DNA of 64,000 nt from a virus. The notes below the pieces were generated by a model. The model ran no database searches. It had not been told where the DNA came from and saw only the letters and a list, made by a program, of their open reading frames with translations. The position numbers and the translations under genes were made by a program. Numbering within the stretch: position 1 is the first letter of the stretch; each line of letters starts with the position of its first letter. Below, piece after piece: positions 1 through 9,610 of this stretch. Where the stretch lies: the IMG/VR virus record IMGVR_UViG_3300006793_000013; one strand, written 5' to 3'.

Positions 1-1
1 C

Positions 2-679
2 TACGGAAAAGCCGGAGCAGGTAATCTTTATATTTCTAATCAACTAGTAGAAGCAAATTTAAGACATAATTTTAACAAAGATGATTTAGTTATTATTATG
101 TGGAGTTCAGTTACACGTGAAGATAGATATAGGCACAAACATTGGATAACATCAGGAAATATTACAACACAAAATAATATCTCTGCTAAGTTTGTATACG
201 ATTGGTTTGATTATAGATTTTATCTAATGAGAGATTTAGGACTTATAGAATTAACAAGACAATACATGAAGAACGGACTTGCTGATTTTCAAATGTGGAA
301 CATGGCATCTTTTGAGATTAACGATATGATCTCAAATAATCTAAGTGACGAAATGAAAGATACTAACTATGATGATATAAAACAGTTGTATGCTTCAACA
401 CTAGCAGCAATAAAACCAGACATACTTAGTACTGTGTTTAACGGTGTATGGCCACAAACACCAATACGCGGACACAACAGCACTGGACAGACTGCTGATT
501 ATCATCCTACTCCTGCTCACTATTTAGAATACATTTCTAAATGCTTACCAAATCATAATATAACAGAAAAGATGAAACGATTTGTTGCACACACAAATCA
601 AAAAGTATTAGAAGCAAAAGATTTTCAAGACCTAGAAAAGTGGTGGATAGAAAATGATAACACTCCAAGGAATTTATAA
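2..679 (+). CDS. 5'-truncated hypothetical protein, possibly SGNH-hydrolase-like
   Basis: Frame is open from base 2 (YGKAGAGNLYISNQ...DLVIIMWSSVTREDRY), so the gene starts before the window. Confidence 0.5.
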   Translation, partial: YGKAGAGNLYISNQLVEANLRHNFNKDDLVIIMWSSVTREDRYRHKHWITSGNITTQNNISAKFVYDWFDYRFYLMRDLGLIELTRQYMKNGLADFQMWNMASFEINDMISNNLSDEMKDTNYDDIKQLYASTLAAIKPDILSTVFNGVWPQTPIRGHNSTGQTADYHPTPAHYLEYISKCLPNHNITEKMKRFVAHTNQKVLEAKDFQDLEKWWIENDNTPRNL

Positions 680-1824
680 TGGCCTGTTTAAACAACGACA
701 ATTTACCATATCTTATAACTTACGATAATAACAATCCTCAGAAAGTTACTATAGCTACCAATCCTGCTGAACTAGGACGTATTAAATTAAAACAAGACTA
801 TTATTTTATAATGTTTTCTGGGCCAAACAGTTTTGAACATTTTCCGTTAGATACTGTTTTAGATCATCACACTATTCTTAAATTGCAGTTTAAAAAGATA
901 TTCTTGGTACTAGACAACTCGTTAGAATACTTTTACGAAAGTGTAGATGCAATTTATAAACACATAGTTAACAAATATAATATTCCAGCAAGTCAGATTG
1001 TGTTTTTATCTGGTGTACCTACTATGTACAAGTATACAGTAAAGTACTGTAAGAAAAACAATGCTGAAGAAATTAAAATTATGTGGTTTACTTTATTTGA
1101 AAATACTGGTAAAGACACAGTACAACAACGTAGTAGTTTTCCTACTATGGAAAAGAAACGCAAGTACTCTAAAAAATATCTTAATTTAAATAGACGCTGG
1201 CGCTTACATAGGCCGCTAATGGTTACATTACTTCATGATAGAGGTTTATTAGATGAAGGTTATGTTAGCCTTGCACCGTCGGACGATAATTTAAATTGGG
1301 AACATGTATGGCCACGACTAGAAGCAAATCACAAAGACCATAAAGAAATTTCTAAAGTTTTAAAACGCTCTGCTGACGTGCAGCAGTTGCCGCCGATGTA
1401 TCTTGATGAAGAAGACCTTGTTACTAATAGAGCAGAACATCAACGATCAATACACAAGTACTATCAAGAAACATATTTTAGTGTAATCAGTGAAACAACG
1501 TATTATGAAAACGTTCCATTTTTAAGTGAGAAGATATTTAAATGTATTGGAATGGGGCATCCTTATATAATGGTAGGCTCTCCAAATACATTGCAATATC
1601 TTAAAAAGTTAGGATATAGATCTTATCATCCTTATATAAATGAAGGATACGATAAAATTGAAGATCATGGAGATCGAGCAATAGCAATTGTAGATGAAAT
1701 TGAAAGATTGTGCAATTTGAAAGGTGCTGAATTTAGAGAATGGCATTCCAAAGTGAGAGAAATTGCACACTATAATTATAGGGTATTAACAGGGAGAAAC
1801 CACTTAGTAAAGCCTATAAATTAG
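679..1824 (+). CDS. hypothetical protein, glycosyltransferase-like C-terminus
   Basis: 381 aa; FSVISETTYY...FLSEKIFK...HPYIMVG resembles the SEKxxxA segment of GT10-like proteins. Confidence 0.4.
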   Translation: MACLNNDNLPYLITYDNNNPQKVTIATNPAELGRIKLKQDYYFIMFSGPNSFEHFPLDTVLDHHTILKLQFKKIFLVLDNSLEYFYESVDAIYKHIVNKYNIPASQIVFLSGVPTMYKYTVKYCKKNNAEEIKIMWFTLFENTGKDTVQQRSSFPTMEKKRKYSKKYLNLNRRWRLHRPLMVTLLHDRGLLDEGYVSLAPSDDNLNWEHVWPRLEANHKDHKEISKVLKRSADVQQLPPMYLDEEDLVTNRAEHQRSIHKYYQETYFSVISETTYYENVPFLSEKIFKCIGMGHPYIMVGSPNTLQYLKKLGYRSYHPYINEGYDKIEDHGDRAIAIVDEIERLCNLKGAEFREWHSKVREIAHYNYRVLTGRNHLVKPIN

Positions 1825-1932
1825 GTGTCTAAAACGCATTTTAAGCGTCATACAGCGTGGTTAACATGCATAAGCATTACTTGTGTATCAGTGTAAAAAG
1901 CCAGGCTTAAACAGCGTTTTAATGCCCAAAAG

Positions 1933-1938
1933 TAAATA
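1933..1938 (+). promoter_or_regulatory. putative late promoter TAAATA
   Basis: TAAATA 28 nt before the ATG at 1967, SD-like AAGGA in between. Confidence 0.45.
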
Positions 1939-1966
1939 ACAGTAACTAATCAAAAGGACAGAATAG

Positions 1967-3145
1967 ATGAAAATTGGATTTATTGGACTTGGTAAATTGG
2001 GTATGCCTTGCGCAGAAGAGATTGCCAAAAAAGGACATGCAGTAATTGGATATGATGTAGATAAATCGTTAGATAGTGATTATGTTATAGTAGAAGATAC
2101 TATTAAAGACGTAGCATCAGAAGCAGATATTGTATTCGTTGCAGTGCCTACTCCACATGATCCAAACTATGACGGCAAAGCACCTACAGCACATTTAGAG
2201 CCTAAAGACTTTCAATACGATATTGTTATTGATTGTTTACAAGAAGCAAATAAGTATATGAATAAAAAACAAATGCTTGTTCTTATTAGTACAGTTTTAC
2301 CTGGCACAGTAAGGCGTGAGTTTGTACCTTTAATAACTAACACACGTTTTGTTTATAATCCTTATTTGATTGCTATGGGTACAGTTGCTTGGGATATGGT
2401 CAATCCTGAAATGGTTATGATTGGTACAGAAGATGGTACTGAAACCGGCGATGCTAAAGAGCTTAGAGATTTTTATGATACATGCATGGAGAACGATCCA
2501 AGATATGTAATTGGTACTTGGGACGAATGCGAATGTATCAAAGTATTCTATAATACATTTATTAGCACAAAGATTGGACTTGTAAATATGATACAAGACG
2601 TTGCTGAAAAGCAAGGTAATATAAACGTTGATGTAGTTACTACAGCACTTGCAGAAAGTACACAACGTATCATGGGGCCAAGTTACATGAAAGCAGGAAT
2701 GGGAGATGGTGGCAGTTGTCACCCAAGAGATAATATTGCACTTAGGTACATGGCAAAGAAACTAGATCTTGGTTATGATATTTTTGATGCAGTAATGAAT
2801 GCTAGAGAAGTTCAAGCGCAAAATGTTGCACAAAAACTTTGTGATATTGCAAAAGAAAAAGAACTTCCTATTCTTATTAATGGTATTGCTTACAAACCAG
2901 GTGTGCCTTATATAGATGGAAGTTATGCTTTACTAGTTGCACAGTATTGTACAGAGTACGGCTTTAATCCTATGCAAGTTGATCCGTTAGTATATGGTTC
3001 TGATCCAGGACCTTTTAGAGCATGTGTTCTTTTATCTCATCCAGAGCTTTATGTAGAACTATCAGACGACTCCGTTGTAGTTGATCCTTGGCGTTCTTAC
3101 ACTTCAGATAAACACGAAGTTATTCATTACGGAAATACAAGATAA
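1967..3145 (+). CDS. ugd: UDP-glucose/GDP-mannose dehydrogenase family protein
   Basis: N-terminal GLGKLG Rossmann motif, VAVPTP, YNPY, KVFYN, GDGGSCHPRD with catalytic Cys. Confidence 0.85.
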   Translation: MKIGFIGLGKLGMPCAEEIAKKGHAVIGYDVDKSLDSDYVIVEDTIKDVASEADIVFVAVPTPHDPNYDGKAPTAHLEPKDFQYDIVIDCLQEANKYMNKKQMLVLISTVLPGTVRREFVPLITNTRFVYNPYLIAMGTVAWDMVNPEMVMIGTEDGTETGDAKELRDFYDTCMENDPRYVIGTWDECECIKVFYNTFISTKIGLVNMIQDVAEKQGNINVDVVTTALAESTQRIMGPSYMKAGMGDGGSCHPRDNIALRYMAKKLDLGYDIFDAVMNAREVQAQNVAQKLCDIAKEKELPILINGIAYKPGVPYIDGSYALLVAQYCTEYGFNPMQVDPLVYGSDPGPFRACVLLSHPELYVELSDDSVVVDPWRSYTSDKHEVIHYGNTR

Positions 3146-3176
3146 AAAAAGAGAGTTAGTATTTCTACTAACTCCC
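3144..3176 (-). terminator. intrinsic terminator between convergent genes
   Basis: 8-bp stem GAGTTAGT/ACTAACTC, 6-nt loop, T7 tract on the minus strand. Confidence 0.75.
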
Positions 3177-3189
3177 TAAGTGTGAGAAA

Positions 3190-3498
3190 CTACAATATCT
3201 GATCTGTTCGATCTTTTATTTCTTTCTTTAGAAGATCAACATTGATTTTAAAGTCTACTTTCTTAATAGTATCTTTATATTCATTCATAGTCTGTAACAT
3301 TTTTTTTGCTACACTATCTGGATCATCTGCCTGAAGATGTTCCTTAACATCAATCTCCCAAACTCTACCGTCACTAAATTCTAAAATCATTGCATCTAAA
3401 TATGCAACAGGCATAGTATTCATGTAGAGGTCGTCAAAAACCTCCGGCCATTCTTTAACCAGATGTTTTGGTGGTTTAAAATAATGCTTACTAGGCAC
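3190..3498 (-). CDS. hypothetical protein
   Basis: ORF track 3190..3540; GTG at 3498 overlapping the upstream stop is the likelier start. Confidence 0.6.
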   Translation of the reverse strand: MPSKHYFKPPKHLVKEWPEVFDDLYMNTMPVAYLDAMILEFSDGRVWEIDVKEHLQADDPDSVAKKMLQTMNEYKDTIKKVDFKINVDLLKKEIKDRTDQIL

Positions 3499-4114
3499 TC
3501 TCTGACACTTTTGCTTTAGTAGACTTCTTCGTAGGAACAAGTTCTTCAGCTTGGCGTCTTAGTTGTGCTGCTTCTTTACTTAATCTATCTGCTTGTGAGC
3601 GATAAGACTTAGCAAGATCATCGTCACTTAACACACCGTTGTCTTGTGGTGCAACTGCTTCAGTAACAGGCTGTGCTGGTGCTTCTGCACCTGGATTCGC
3701 AGCAGTTTCTTCTGGTGCGCCACTTACAAACTTGTGTAGCTCGTCAATGCTAACACCCTTCTGTTCAGCAATTAAAGCGTTAAGTTCGCTTAATTGAATT
3801 ACTGATGAAGATGTAGGTGTCATAGTTACGTTTGATGTGTCAACTTTAATAAGTCTATTATCAGCCTGCATTGATTGTAACATTGGTCTTCCGTCTGGAA
3901 AAGAATTTCTAAACATAAACTCACCAAGTTCATATGCTTCTTGAGCTTGATCTGTTTCGATTAGTTTCATTAAACTGTCATGATAGATATCAGGTAATGT
4001 TGCAGTTTGTAGTACCAATGCCTGATTTGATTCACCTGGAATAGTTCTGAATACTACAACTACAGCATCGCCAGTGTTGGTCATTTTACCAACGTGCTTC
4101 ATTTCTTTAGCCAT
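3491..4114 (-). CDS. hypothetical protein with coiled-coil C-terminus
   Basis: ORF track 3491..4171; likely start MAKEMKH at 4114. Confidence 0.65.
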   Translation of the reverse strand: MAKEMKHVGKMTNTGDAVVVVFRTIPGESNQALVLQTATLPDIYHDSLMKLIETDQAQEAYELGEFMFRNSFPDGRPMLQSMQADNRLIKVDTSNVTMTPTSSSVIQLSELNALIAEQKGVSIDELHKFVSGAPEETAANPGAEAPAQPVTEAVAPQDNGVLSDDDLAKSYRSQADRLSKEAAQLRRQAEELVPTKKSTKAKVSESA

Positions 4115-4424
4115 TGTTAATTCCCCCTTCAGGTGCTCCTGGTGCAGCAGCCTGTTGTTGTTTAACAACATGATCTAAAAATGCTGTTAGTTTGTTAAAT
4201 GCTTTACCAACTGCTTCTAATTCAGTTGCTTTAAATGCACCTCTTTGTGTAGCAACTTCAATAATGCTTTTTACTGCATTAAGGTCGCTAATGTTAAGAT
4301 CTGGTGCTGCTGGTTCCCCAGCTTCTTGTGCAGGTGCGTTTTGATCTACACCTGGTGTAGGAACAGGACCACTTGTTGGTGCTGCTTCTGTTGCCGTTTC
4401 CGGCGTTTTATTTTCTTCAGCCAT
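4107..4424 (-). CDS. hypothetical protein
   Basis: 105 aa, GGAG SD, A/P/E-rich N-terminus. Confidence 0.65.
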   Translation of the reverse strand: MAEENKTPETATEAAPTSGPVPTPGVDQNAPAQEAGEPAAPDLNISDLNAVKSIIEVATQRGAFKATELEAVGKAFNKLTAFLDHVVKQQQAAAPGAPEGGINNG

Positions 4425-4425
4425 T

Positions 4426-4698
4426 CTAGTTTCTCCTTAAGTATGGACAAGCTAACATAAAGTATGTTAGTTCTTTCTCTTCTTCAAACCCTACAAATGT
4501 AACAGATTTGAATTTATTTTCTTTAGCAGCCGGATATGTATTAATACAATACCTACCACTAGTATTAGTCTTAACCCACTCAGATAATCTACGATCAACA
4601 CGATCTGAATCCGATACCTGCATCTTTGCAAAATGCGGAGGCATAGTTTTAAGTTCTCTTGAACGCAGTACTTCTAATGGATTAAGTTCTATCATCAC
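4426..4698 (-). CDS. hypothetical protein
   Basis: 90 aa; TAAATA at 4702-4707 just upstream. Confidence 0.6.
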   Translation of the reverse strand: MMIELNPLEVLRSRELKTMPPHFAKMQVSDSDRVDRRLSEWVKTNTSGRYCINTYPAAKENKFKSVTFVGFEEEKELTYFMLACPYLRRN

Positions 4699-4729
4699 TA
4701 ATATTTATTATATGCTATGTTAATGAATG

Positions 4730-5128
4730 TTATTCTTGGTCCGCGGTTTCTTCAGATAATCGTTTGGACAATGCTTTATTATAGCCCATTTTACTGATAT
4801 CCCCACTAAACAAATACAATTCAAAAGCAGACCTTTCTTTAAGTACAGTTATTGATTTCTTAGTTATATAATACGGTGATTCGATAAAATTGTCAAGCCA
4901 TAAAAGCACTTTAGGTGTTATTTTAAATTGTTTTGGAAAATCTACTTTATAGGTTTTAATCTTTGCTATCTGTTCTATGTGGACTATTGCTTCTTCCGTT
5001 AGACGTAGCCCGCCAACATCACGAATGTTATACCACCATAATGTTCTCTTATTCTTTATGTCGGGAGTGTCAAAAGGCTGATCAGCGGCTTTCAGAAATA
5101 CTTTTGTATAGTTGTCCTTTTGATCCAT
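4730..5128 (-). CDS. hypothetical protein
   Basis: 132 aa ORF in operon. Confidence 0.6.
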   Translation of the reverse strand: MDQKDNYTKVFLKAADQPFDTPDIKNKRTLWWYNIRDVGGLRLTEEAIVHIEQIAKIKTYKVDFPKQFKITPKVLLWLDNFIESPYYITKKSITVLKERSAFELYLFSGDISKMGYNKALSKRLSEETADQE

Positions 5129-5134
5129 GTGTCA

Positions 5135-5419
5135 TTACTCTTCTTTCGCTCCAGAAGTTAGTGTGTATACCGCAAAGTCCTTTACTTGGAAAAGTGTGTT
5201 TAGTTTTTTTGCTAGGTTCCTAGCATGGCCAGGATTAGAAAACGATACTTTTTTATACTTCGGTCCAGGATAGCTCGATACCATACTTCCGCTTTTTAAG
5301 TTAAACGGCTTTCCTTTATAGAAGACCGCCCAAATTGCTTCGCTCTCTAATATTTGTTCTGTCTTATATGATTCTCGATTCACATGTTCGAGAAGCACTG
5401 TTGGTTTTGGTCTACTCAT
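5135..5419 (-). CDS. hypothetical protein
   Basis: 94 aa; AAAGGA SD and TAAATA at 5451-5456. Confidence 0.65.
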   Translation of the reverse strand: MSRPKPTVLLEHVNRESYKTEQILESEAIWAVFYKGKPFNLKSGSMVSSYPGPKYKKVSFSNPGHARNLAKKLNTLFQVKDFAVYTLTSGAKEE

Positions 5420-5463
5420 TATACGTAATCCTTTTAATTAACTACGTATATATTTATCCTTTT

Positions 5464-5712
5464 TTAGAACTGTCCGCCTTCAAATTTCACTTCAACTTGT
5501 TCGCTATTCTGCTTGATCTGCTTTAATTGCTCATCTATAGACGCTACAACAGTACCTAATTTAGATGTAAACATAGATAGCTCAATTGCTAGTGATCGTG
5601 CTTCTTGTATGCTTATTCTAACGTCTGATTGCTGTGATTTCTCTGCAACTGCAATTCGTTGTAGTATTTTTTCAATGGTAGGAAGTGACTGCGGAAGGCT
5701 ATTTGTTGACAT
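5464..5712 (-). CDS. hypothetical protein
   Basis: 82 aa, overlaps the upstream gene. Confidence 0.55.
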   Translation of the reverse strand: MSTNSLPQSLPTIEKILQRIAVAEKSQQSDVRISIQEARSLAIELSMFTSKLGTVVASIDEQLKQIKQNSEQVEVKFEGGQF

Positions 5713-6175
5713 TAGATAGTACCTGTTTCATCTCTAAATCAGTCTTAAATGGCCCTTTATACGCATACCGTTGTAGTGTAATGAGCTTCGGACAGAACGA
5801 TTTAACCCATCCTTTATCGAATTTAATAACATAATACCCTGAACAATACAAGCTCTTTGAGTCTTTGCTCTTTGTAAATAAAGGTAAACGCTTCTGTATA
5901 TCGTACATAGAGTTGTGTGGTTTAGTACTACACTTAAAGCCATGTACTTCTTTAGGATCAGAATCATCTGCTTCTTTTACAATTTTAGCAACAAAAAAGT
6001 CTTTTCCATAGTCACTTAAGATACTTTTCTTATTATGATAAAACTTAACACCGTTTTCATTACTAAAGACAAACTTATCTTCGTTCTTTCTTAGCGTACC
6101 AATTTTTTGGCCTTGTTCTTCAACAATCCAAAATTTATCTTCTAAAACAGGTTTTGCTTTAAATTCTGTTGTCAT
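5699..6175 (-). CDS. hypothetical protein
   Basis: 158 aa, ATGA-coupled to the RNase H-like gene. Confidence 0.6.
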   Translation of the reverse strand: MTTEFKAKPVLEDKFWIVEEQGQKIGTLRKNEDKFVFSNENGVKFYHNKKSILSDYGKDFFVAKIVKEADDSDPKEVHGFKCSTKPHNSMYDIQKRLPLFTKSKDSKSLYCSGYYVIKFDKGWVKSFCPKLITLQRYAYKGPFKTDLEMKQVLSNVNK

Positions 6176-7158
6176 ACTGTGTACCTCGCATTTAATGGTT
6201 CAGCGTATGCTTGTGCTTGATCTGATATTTTCTTTAAGTCGTATAAATTACAGAATTTCATAAGTCTTACACCAACCTGGCTAATATTTTTATCTGCATC
6301 AATTGACTCTTGAATAGTACCTGTAATTTTATCTTTTACATCTTCAGGCTGTGCAGTAAGATCAATTAATGTAACGTTACGTTGATAGTCATCTAGTACA
6401 CGATGTTCTTCACCGTTATGATCTACCCAACGTTGTAGCATCAAGTTATTCCAGTTATAGCCTTTAAGGTCTTTATCCTCAAATGCTTCTAGTAAACCAA
6501 CTTTATTTCTTGTGCCTTTTTTACGTACACCTGGATAAGCACTAAACACATTGTCACTAGTGTCACCACGCATACATTTCTCAAACAACAACCATTGCGG
6601 ATCTGGAACAGTCTTAGGCTCCTTAGTCTTTTTATCAATAACATGATTGCCCTTCTTATCAAAGTAACCTTCATGTGTAGTTGTTACTTCTTGTACACCA
6701 TTGTATAGTTTTACATTAGGTGCAATTAGTTGCTGAAAGTCTGTGTCTGTAGAAACAACAACATGATCTACATCTGGGTGTTGTTGTATCCAACCAGCAA
6801 TTAAGTCATCTGCTTCTAATTCTTTATGTTGTAATACAGTACAGTTAGTTTTTTCACTTACAAAGTCTTTAAATGTATCAAATGCTTCCCAAAAGATAGT
6901 ATCTTCTTCTTGCTGTTTTTCTGTAAGTGCATCACGAGCAACTTGCCTGTTACGCTTGTAAGGCTCATAATGGTCCTTACGCCAACTACGACCTTCTAAG
7001 CAGAATACAACATGTGTGCCATCAAAGTCTTGCCATGCCTTCTTAATGCTGTTAAGTGTAATATGGAAAGCCATACCCAACTTAATATCAGCATCACCGT
7101 TAATTACATGTCTTGCACGGAAGAATGTATTTGCTGTATCTACTAGAATGTGTGTCAT
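6172..7158 (-). CDS. rnh: T4 RNase H-like 5'-3' exonuclease / flap endonuclease
   Basis: LVDTAN, EADDLIA, VSTDTDFQQL and GDTSDNV acidic active-site motifs. Confidence 0.85.
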   Translation of the reverse strand: MTHILVDTANTFFRARHVINGDADIKLGMAFHITLNSIKKAWQDFDGTHVVFCLEGRSWRKDHYEPYKRNRQVARDALTEKQQEEDTIFWEAFDTFKDFVSEKTNCTVLQHKELEADDLIAGWIQQHPDVDHVVVSTDTDFQQLIAPNVKLYNGVQEVTTTHEGYFDKKGNHVIDKKTKEPKTVPDPQWLLFEKCMRGDTSDNVFSAYPGVRKKGTRNKVGLLEAFEDKDLKGYNWNNLMLQRWVDHNGEEHRVLDDYQRNVTLIDLTAQPEDVKDKITGTIQESIDADKNISQVGVRLMKFCNLYDLKKISDQAQAYAEPLNARYTV

Positions 7159-7538
7159 TATTTGTTATCTCTTTTTACTGTTTCAATATCTATATTGCCT
7201 GTTGCCATGCCTTCTAATGGACCGCCGTAGTCACCATCAACAACAACATTAGCGCAAAGCTCACGGAACCAACGATCAATAATTTCTTCTTCTTTATCAT
7301 TCTCAACTCCGTATCCTTCTTTAACTAATTGTAACACGAAATGCCTATTCCAGTCAAGCTCAAAAAAGCCATTTCGGACATTTTCTTTGTTAACGTGTGT
7401 TTGTATAACACCTACCCACGGTTCTTTCTTCTTAGTCGCAAGTTCTTTTGGACTAAGTTGTTTATTCTTTTCTTGTTCTTTGGCTTCGTTAACTTCTTTA
7501 ATTTTATCTAAGCCAAGCATTTTTGTTAAAAATGACAT
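7158..7538 (-). CDS. hypothetical protein
   Basis: 126 aa with GGAG SD. Confidence 0.6.
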   Translation of the reverse strand: MSFLTKMLGLDKIKEVNEAKEQEKNKQLSPKELATKKKEPWVGVIQTHVNKENVRNGFFELDWNRHFVLQLVKEGYGVENDKEEEIIDRWFRELCANVVVDGDYGGPLEGMATGNIDIETVKRDNK

Positions 7539-7546
7539 ATATTCTC

Positions 7547-8488
7547 CTAGGTTCCTATTGCATTACCAAACAAGTATACGTGTACCCTTGCGGCTACATT
7601 ATATCCTCTTTGAAATGCTTTTTGTGCAACTGCACCTGCACCTGCTGTTTGTTCTTCTTCTCTTGCACCTGTTGGCATAATCCATACTGGCCAATCAACA
7701 CCAACACTTCTAAATTTTTCAACTGCTTCTTCCATTTCATCCCACTCACGCTGTTTCGGACCTACAACAAATTTAAGTTGTCCTTTTGTAGATGCCTGTA
7801 AATATTCAGCAACAAGTTCGGGCTTGATAGCCTTTTCAGGTTTCTCACCTGATACAGTAAATAGTTTAGGACTACAACTGAAAAATATTTCTGTGTCAAT
7901 ACTCTTAGCCCATTCTAAAAATGGTTCTCTAAGTTTTTGTGTACCGTTAGTTTCAAATGTCATGCTACCAGGCAAATTGCCTTGTCTTTTTAATTCGTTA
8001 TATATACCTACCACTGCTTGTTGTCCTGTAACCATCAAAGGTTCGCCACCTGTAAAACACAAGTGTTGATGTTGTTTACTTACAGGATGTAAAAACTTAC
8101 CTTCTGGATTGCTATCATTCTTTATGCAGTCGACAATCTTATTTGCCATAGCAGTAGGAGTTTCTTGACCCATTAGTTTCTTAAACTTCTTAGCCCAAGT
8201 GTAACTACTATCACACCCTTTTTCCCATACAGGCAAGTCCTCAACACGTTTTACACTATCAACATCAAAGTCCTCAAACGGCAATTCATATGTATCTGGA
8301 TTAGTTGGATCTAATTGTCCAAACCCATTACATTGTAAATTGCACAAGAAGAATCTAATCCAAGCAGTCGGAACTCCTGTGTAATGTCCTTCTCCTTGAA
8401 TACTATAAAATATTTCAGAATAGTAAAACTTTTTTTCTATTGTTTTACTAAAGTCGTGTTGTTCGAGTGTCTGTATTTTATCGTTCAT
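7547..8488 (-). CDS. queE: 7-carboxy-7-deazaguanine synthase (radical SAM)
   Basis: SEIFYSIQGEG, CNLQC...GCDS, FTGGEP, FETNGT, SCSPK, LKFVV, RVHVYLFG; start moved to MNDKIQ at 8488. Confidence 0.85.
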   Translation of the reverse strand: MNDKIQTLEQHDFSKTIEKKFYYSEIFYSIQGEGHYTGVPTAWIRFFLCNLQCNGFGQLDPTNPDTYELPFEDFDVDSVKRVEDLPVWEKGCDSSYTWAKKFKKLMGQETPTAMANKIVDCIKNDSNPEGKFLHPVSKQHQHLCFTGGEPLMVTGQQAVVGIYNELKRQGNLPGSMTFETNGTQKLREPFLEWAKSIDTEIFFSCSPKLFTVSGEKPEKAIKPELVAEYLQASTKGQLKFVVGPKQREWDEMEEAVEKFRSVGVDWPVWIMPTGAREEEQTAGAGAVAQKAFQRGYNVAARVHVYLFGNAIGT

Positions 8489-8494
8489 AGTACT

Positions 8495-8524
8495 ATTATA
8501 CCTTCTTTCCACCAGGTTTGTCAA
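8495..8524 (-). promoter_or_regulatory. sigma70-type promoter, leaderless for queE
   Basis: TTGACA-18-TATAAT then 6 nt (AGTACT) and ATG. Confidence 0.75.
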
Positions 8525-8678
8525 CCTTTTTAATAGTGTAAGATTGGCCAGGCATATGCTCCTCCCAAACGAGGTCATCTCCAATATCCCAACCCATTTG
8601 GTTAAGAAGATCCGTTGGTAGAGGTAAGATTAACTCTTTTGTGTCCGGATCTTCTTCAAGTTTAATTTGCCAACCCAT
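8496..8678 (-). CDS. AbrB/SpoVT-like small DNA-binding protein
   Basis: ILPLPTDLLNQMGWDIGDDLVW swapped-hairpin pattern. Confidence 0.55.
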   Translation of the reverse strand: MGWQIKLEEDPDTKELILPLPTDLLNQMGWDIGDDLVWEEHMPGQSYTIKKVDKPGGKKV

Positions 8679-8679
8679 G

Positions 8680-8886
8680 TTAGCTAAAATGCTTGTCTAG
8701 CATTTCAAGTCTATCAGTTGCAGCAGCCATTTTATCCAATTCTTTTTGGATAGTTTCAACAATATCAGAATGTTCTCCAATACCGACTACCTGCTGCATA
8801 TAGACTTCAATATTTGCTTTGTGCACCGCAATGTCTGCTTCTGCATGTTTACGAGCTGCACTAATTAAAGTTTCTCTCAATGTCAT
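8680..8886 (-). CDS. hypothetical protein
   Basis: 68 aa helical ORF with AAGGA SD. Confidence 0.6.
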   Translation of the reverse strand: MTLRETLISAARKHAEADIAVHKANIEVYMQQVVGIGEHSDIVETIQKELDKMAAATDRLEMLDKHFS

Positions 8887-8895
8887 AACCTTTCC

Positions 8896-9270
8896 TTAAT
8901 ATTTTTGCTTTGATGGGATGACGCCTCTGACGCCTCCTTTCGGATCTTCCATGTCCCCATTACGACGGAATATTAAATGTACATGTGGATACATGACTGT
9001 TTGTCCTGCACTTTCACCTACATTTAAACCTATATTGTAACCTGTGATATTAGTCTTTTCACTTGCAACATTATCATAACCCATAGTAATAGCAAAGTTA
9101 AAACATTTCATAATGTTTTCTTGTGTTGCTTCTTTGGGTACAACTAATAAATGTCCTTCGGTTACAGGATACTTGTCACGAAAAACAGTAAAGTCACGTG
9201 TGTCTATTTCAACTTCTGTCCACGGTGCTCTTTGTTCTTCTCTTGCTATTTGTAAAGTATCAGCCTTCAT
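8896..9270 (-). CDS. HIT-family nucleotide hydrolase
   Basis: YPVTEGHLLVVPK, GYNIGLNVGESAGQTV, YPHVHL (first His of the triad is Tyr). Confidence 0.8.
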   Translation of the reverse strand: MKADTLQIAREEQRAPWTEVEIDTRDFTVFRDKYPVTEGHLLVVPKEATQENIMKCFNFAITMGYDNVASEKTNITGYNIGLNVGESAGQTVMYPHVHLIFRRNGDMEDPKGGVRGVIPSKQKY

Positions 9271-9497
9271 TAAAAGCCTCTTCGAATTGCGTTGTTAAAT
9301 TGCCTTGGACCTGGAGTAGTAAATTCAAAACCAAATGCATTTCCTACAAATACTCTACCGTTCCACTTCATGTGTATCTTATTGCCTGCCATAAAGATTT
9401 TTAAATAATCTTTAGGTTCAATACGATCAACTTCTGCTTCAGCAACTTTGCCATTGTCGGTACATGTAACTGTACATTTATTATCATAGGTCGTCAT
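9270..9497 (-). CDS. hypothetical protein
   Basis: 75 aa ORF in operon. Confidence 0.55.
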   Translation of the reverse strand: MTTYDNKCTVTCTDNGKVAEAEVDRIEPKDYLKIFMAGNKIHMKWNGRVFVGNAFGFEFTTPGPRQFNNAIRRGF

Positions 9498-9499
9498 AT

Positions 9500-9610
9500 T
9501 TACTCCTGATCTTTTTTAGTGTTATCGTTCTTTTCCATATTTTCCATGAGCTTCTCACCAACTATTCTATCCTTAGTGATTCCTAGCCATGTCTTAATAA
9601 ACTTAACCAT
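9500..9610 (-). CDS. small hypothetical protein (36 aa, not in ORF track)
   Basis: MVKFIKTWLGITKDRIVGEKLMENMEKNDNTKKDQE; fills the gap and overlaps the upstream stop. Confidence 0.45.
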   Translation of the reverse strand: MVKFIKTWLGITKDRIVGEKLMENMEKNDNTKKDQE

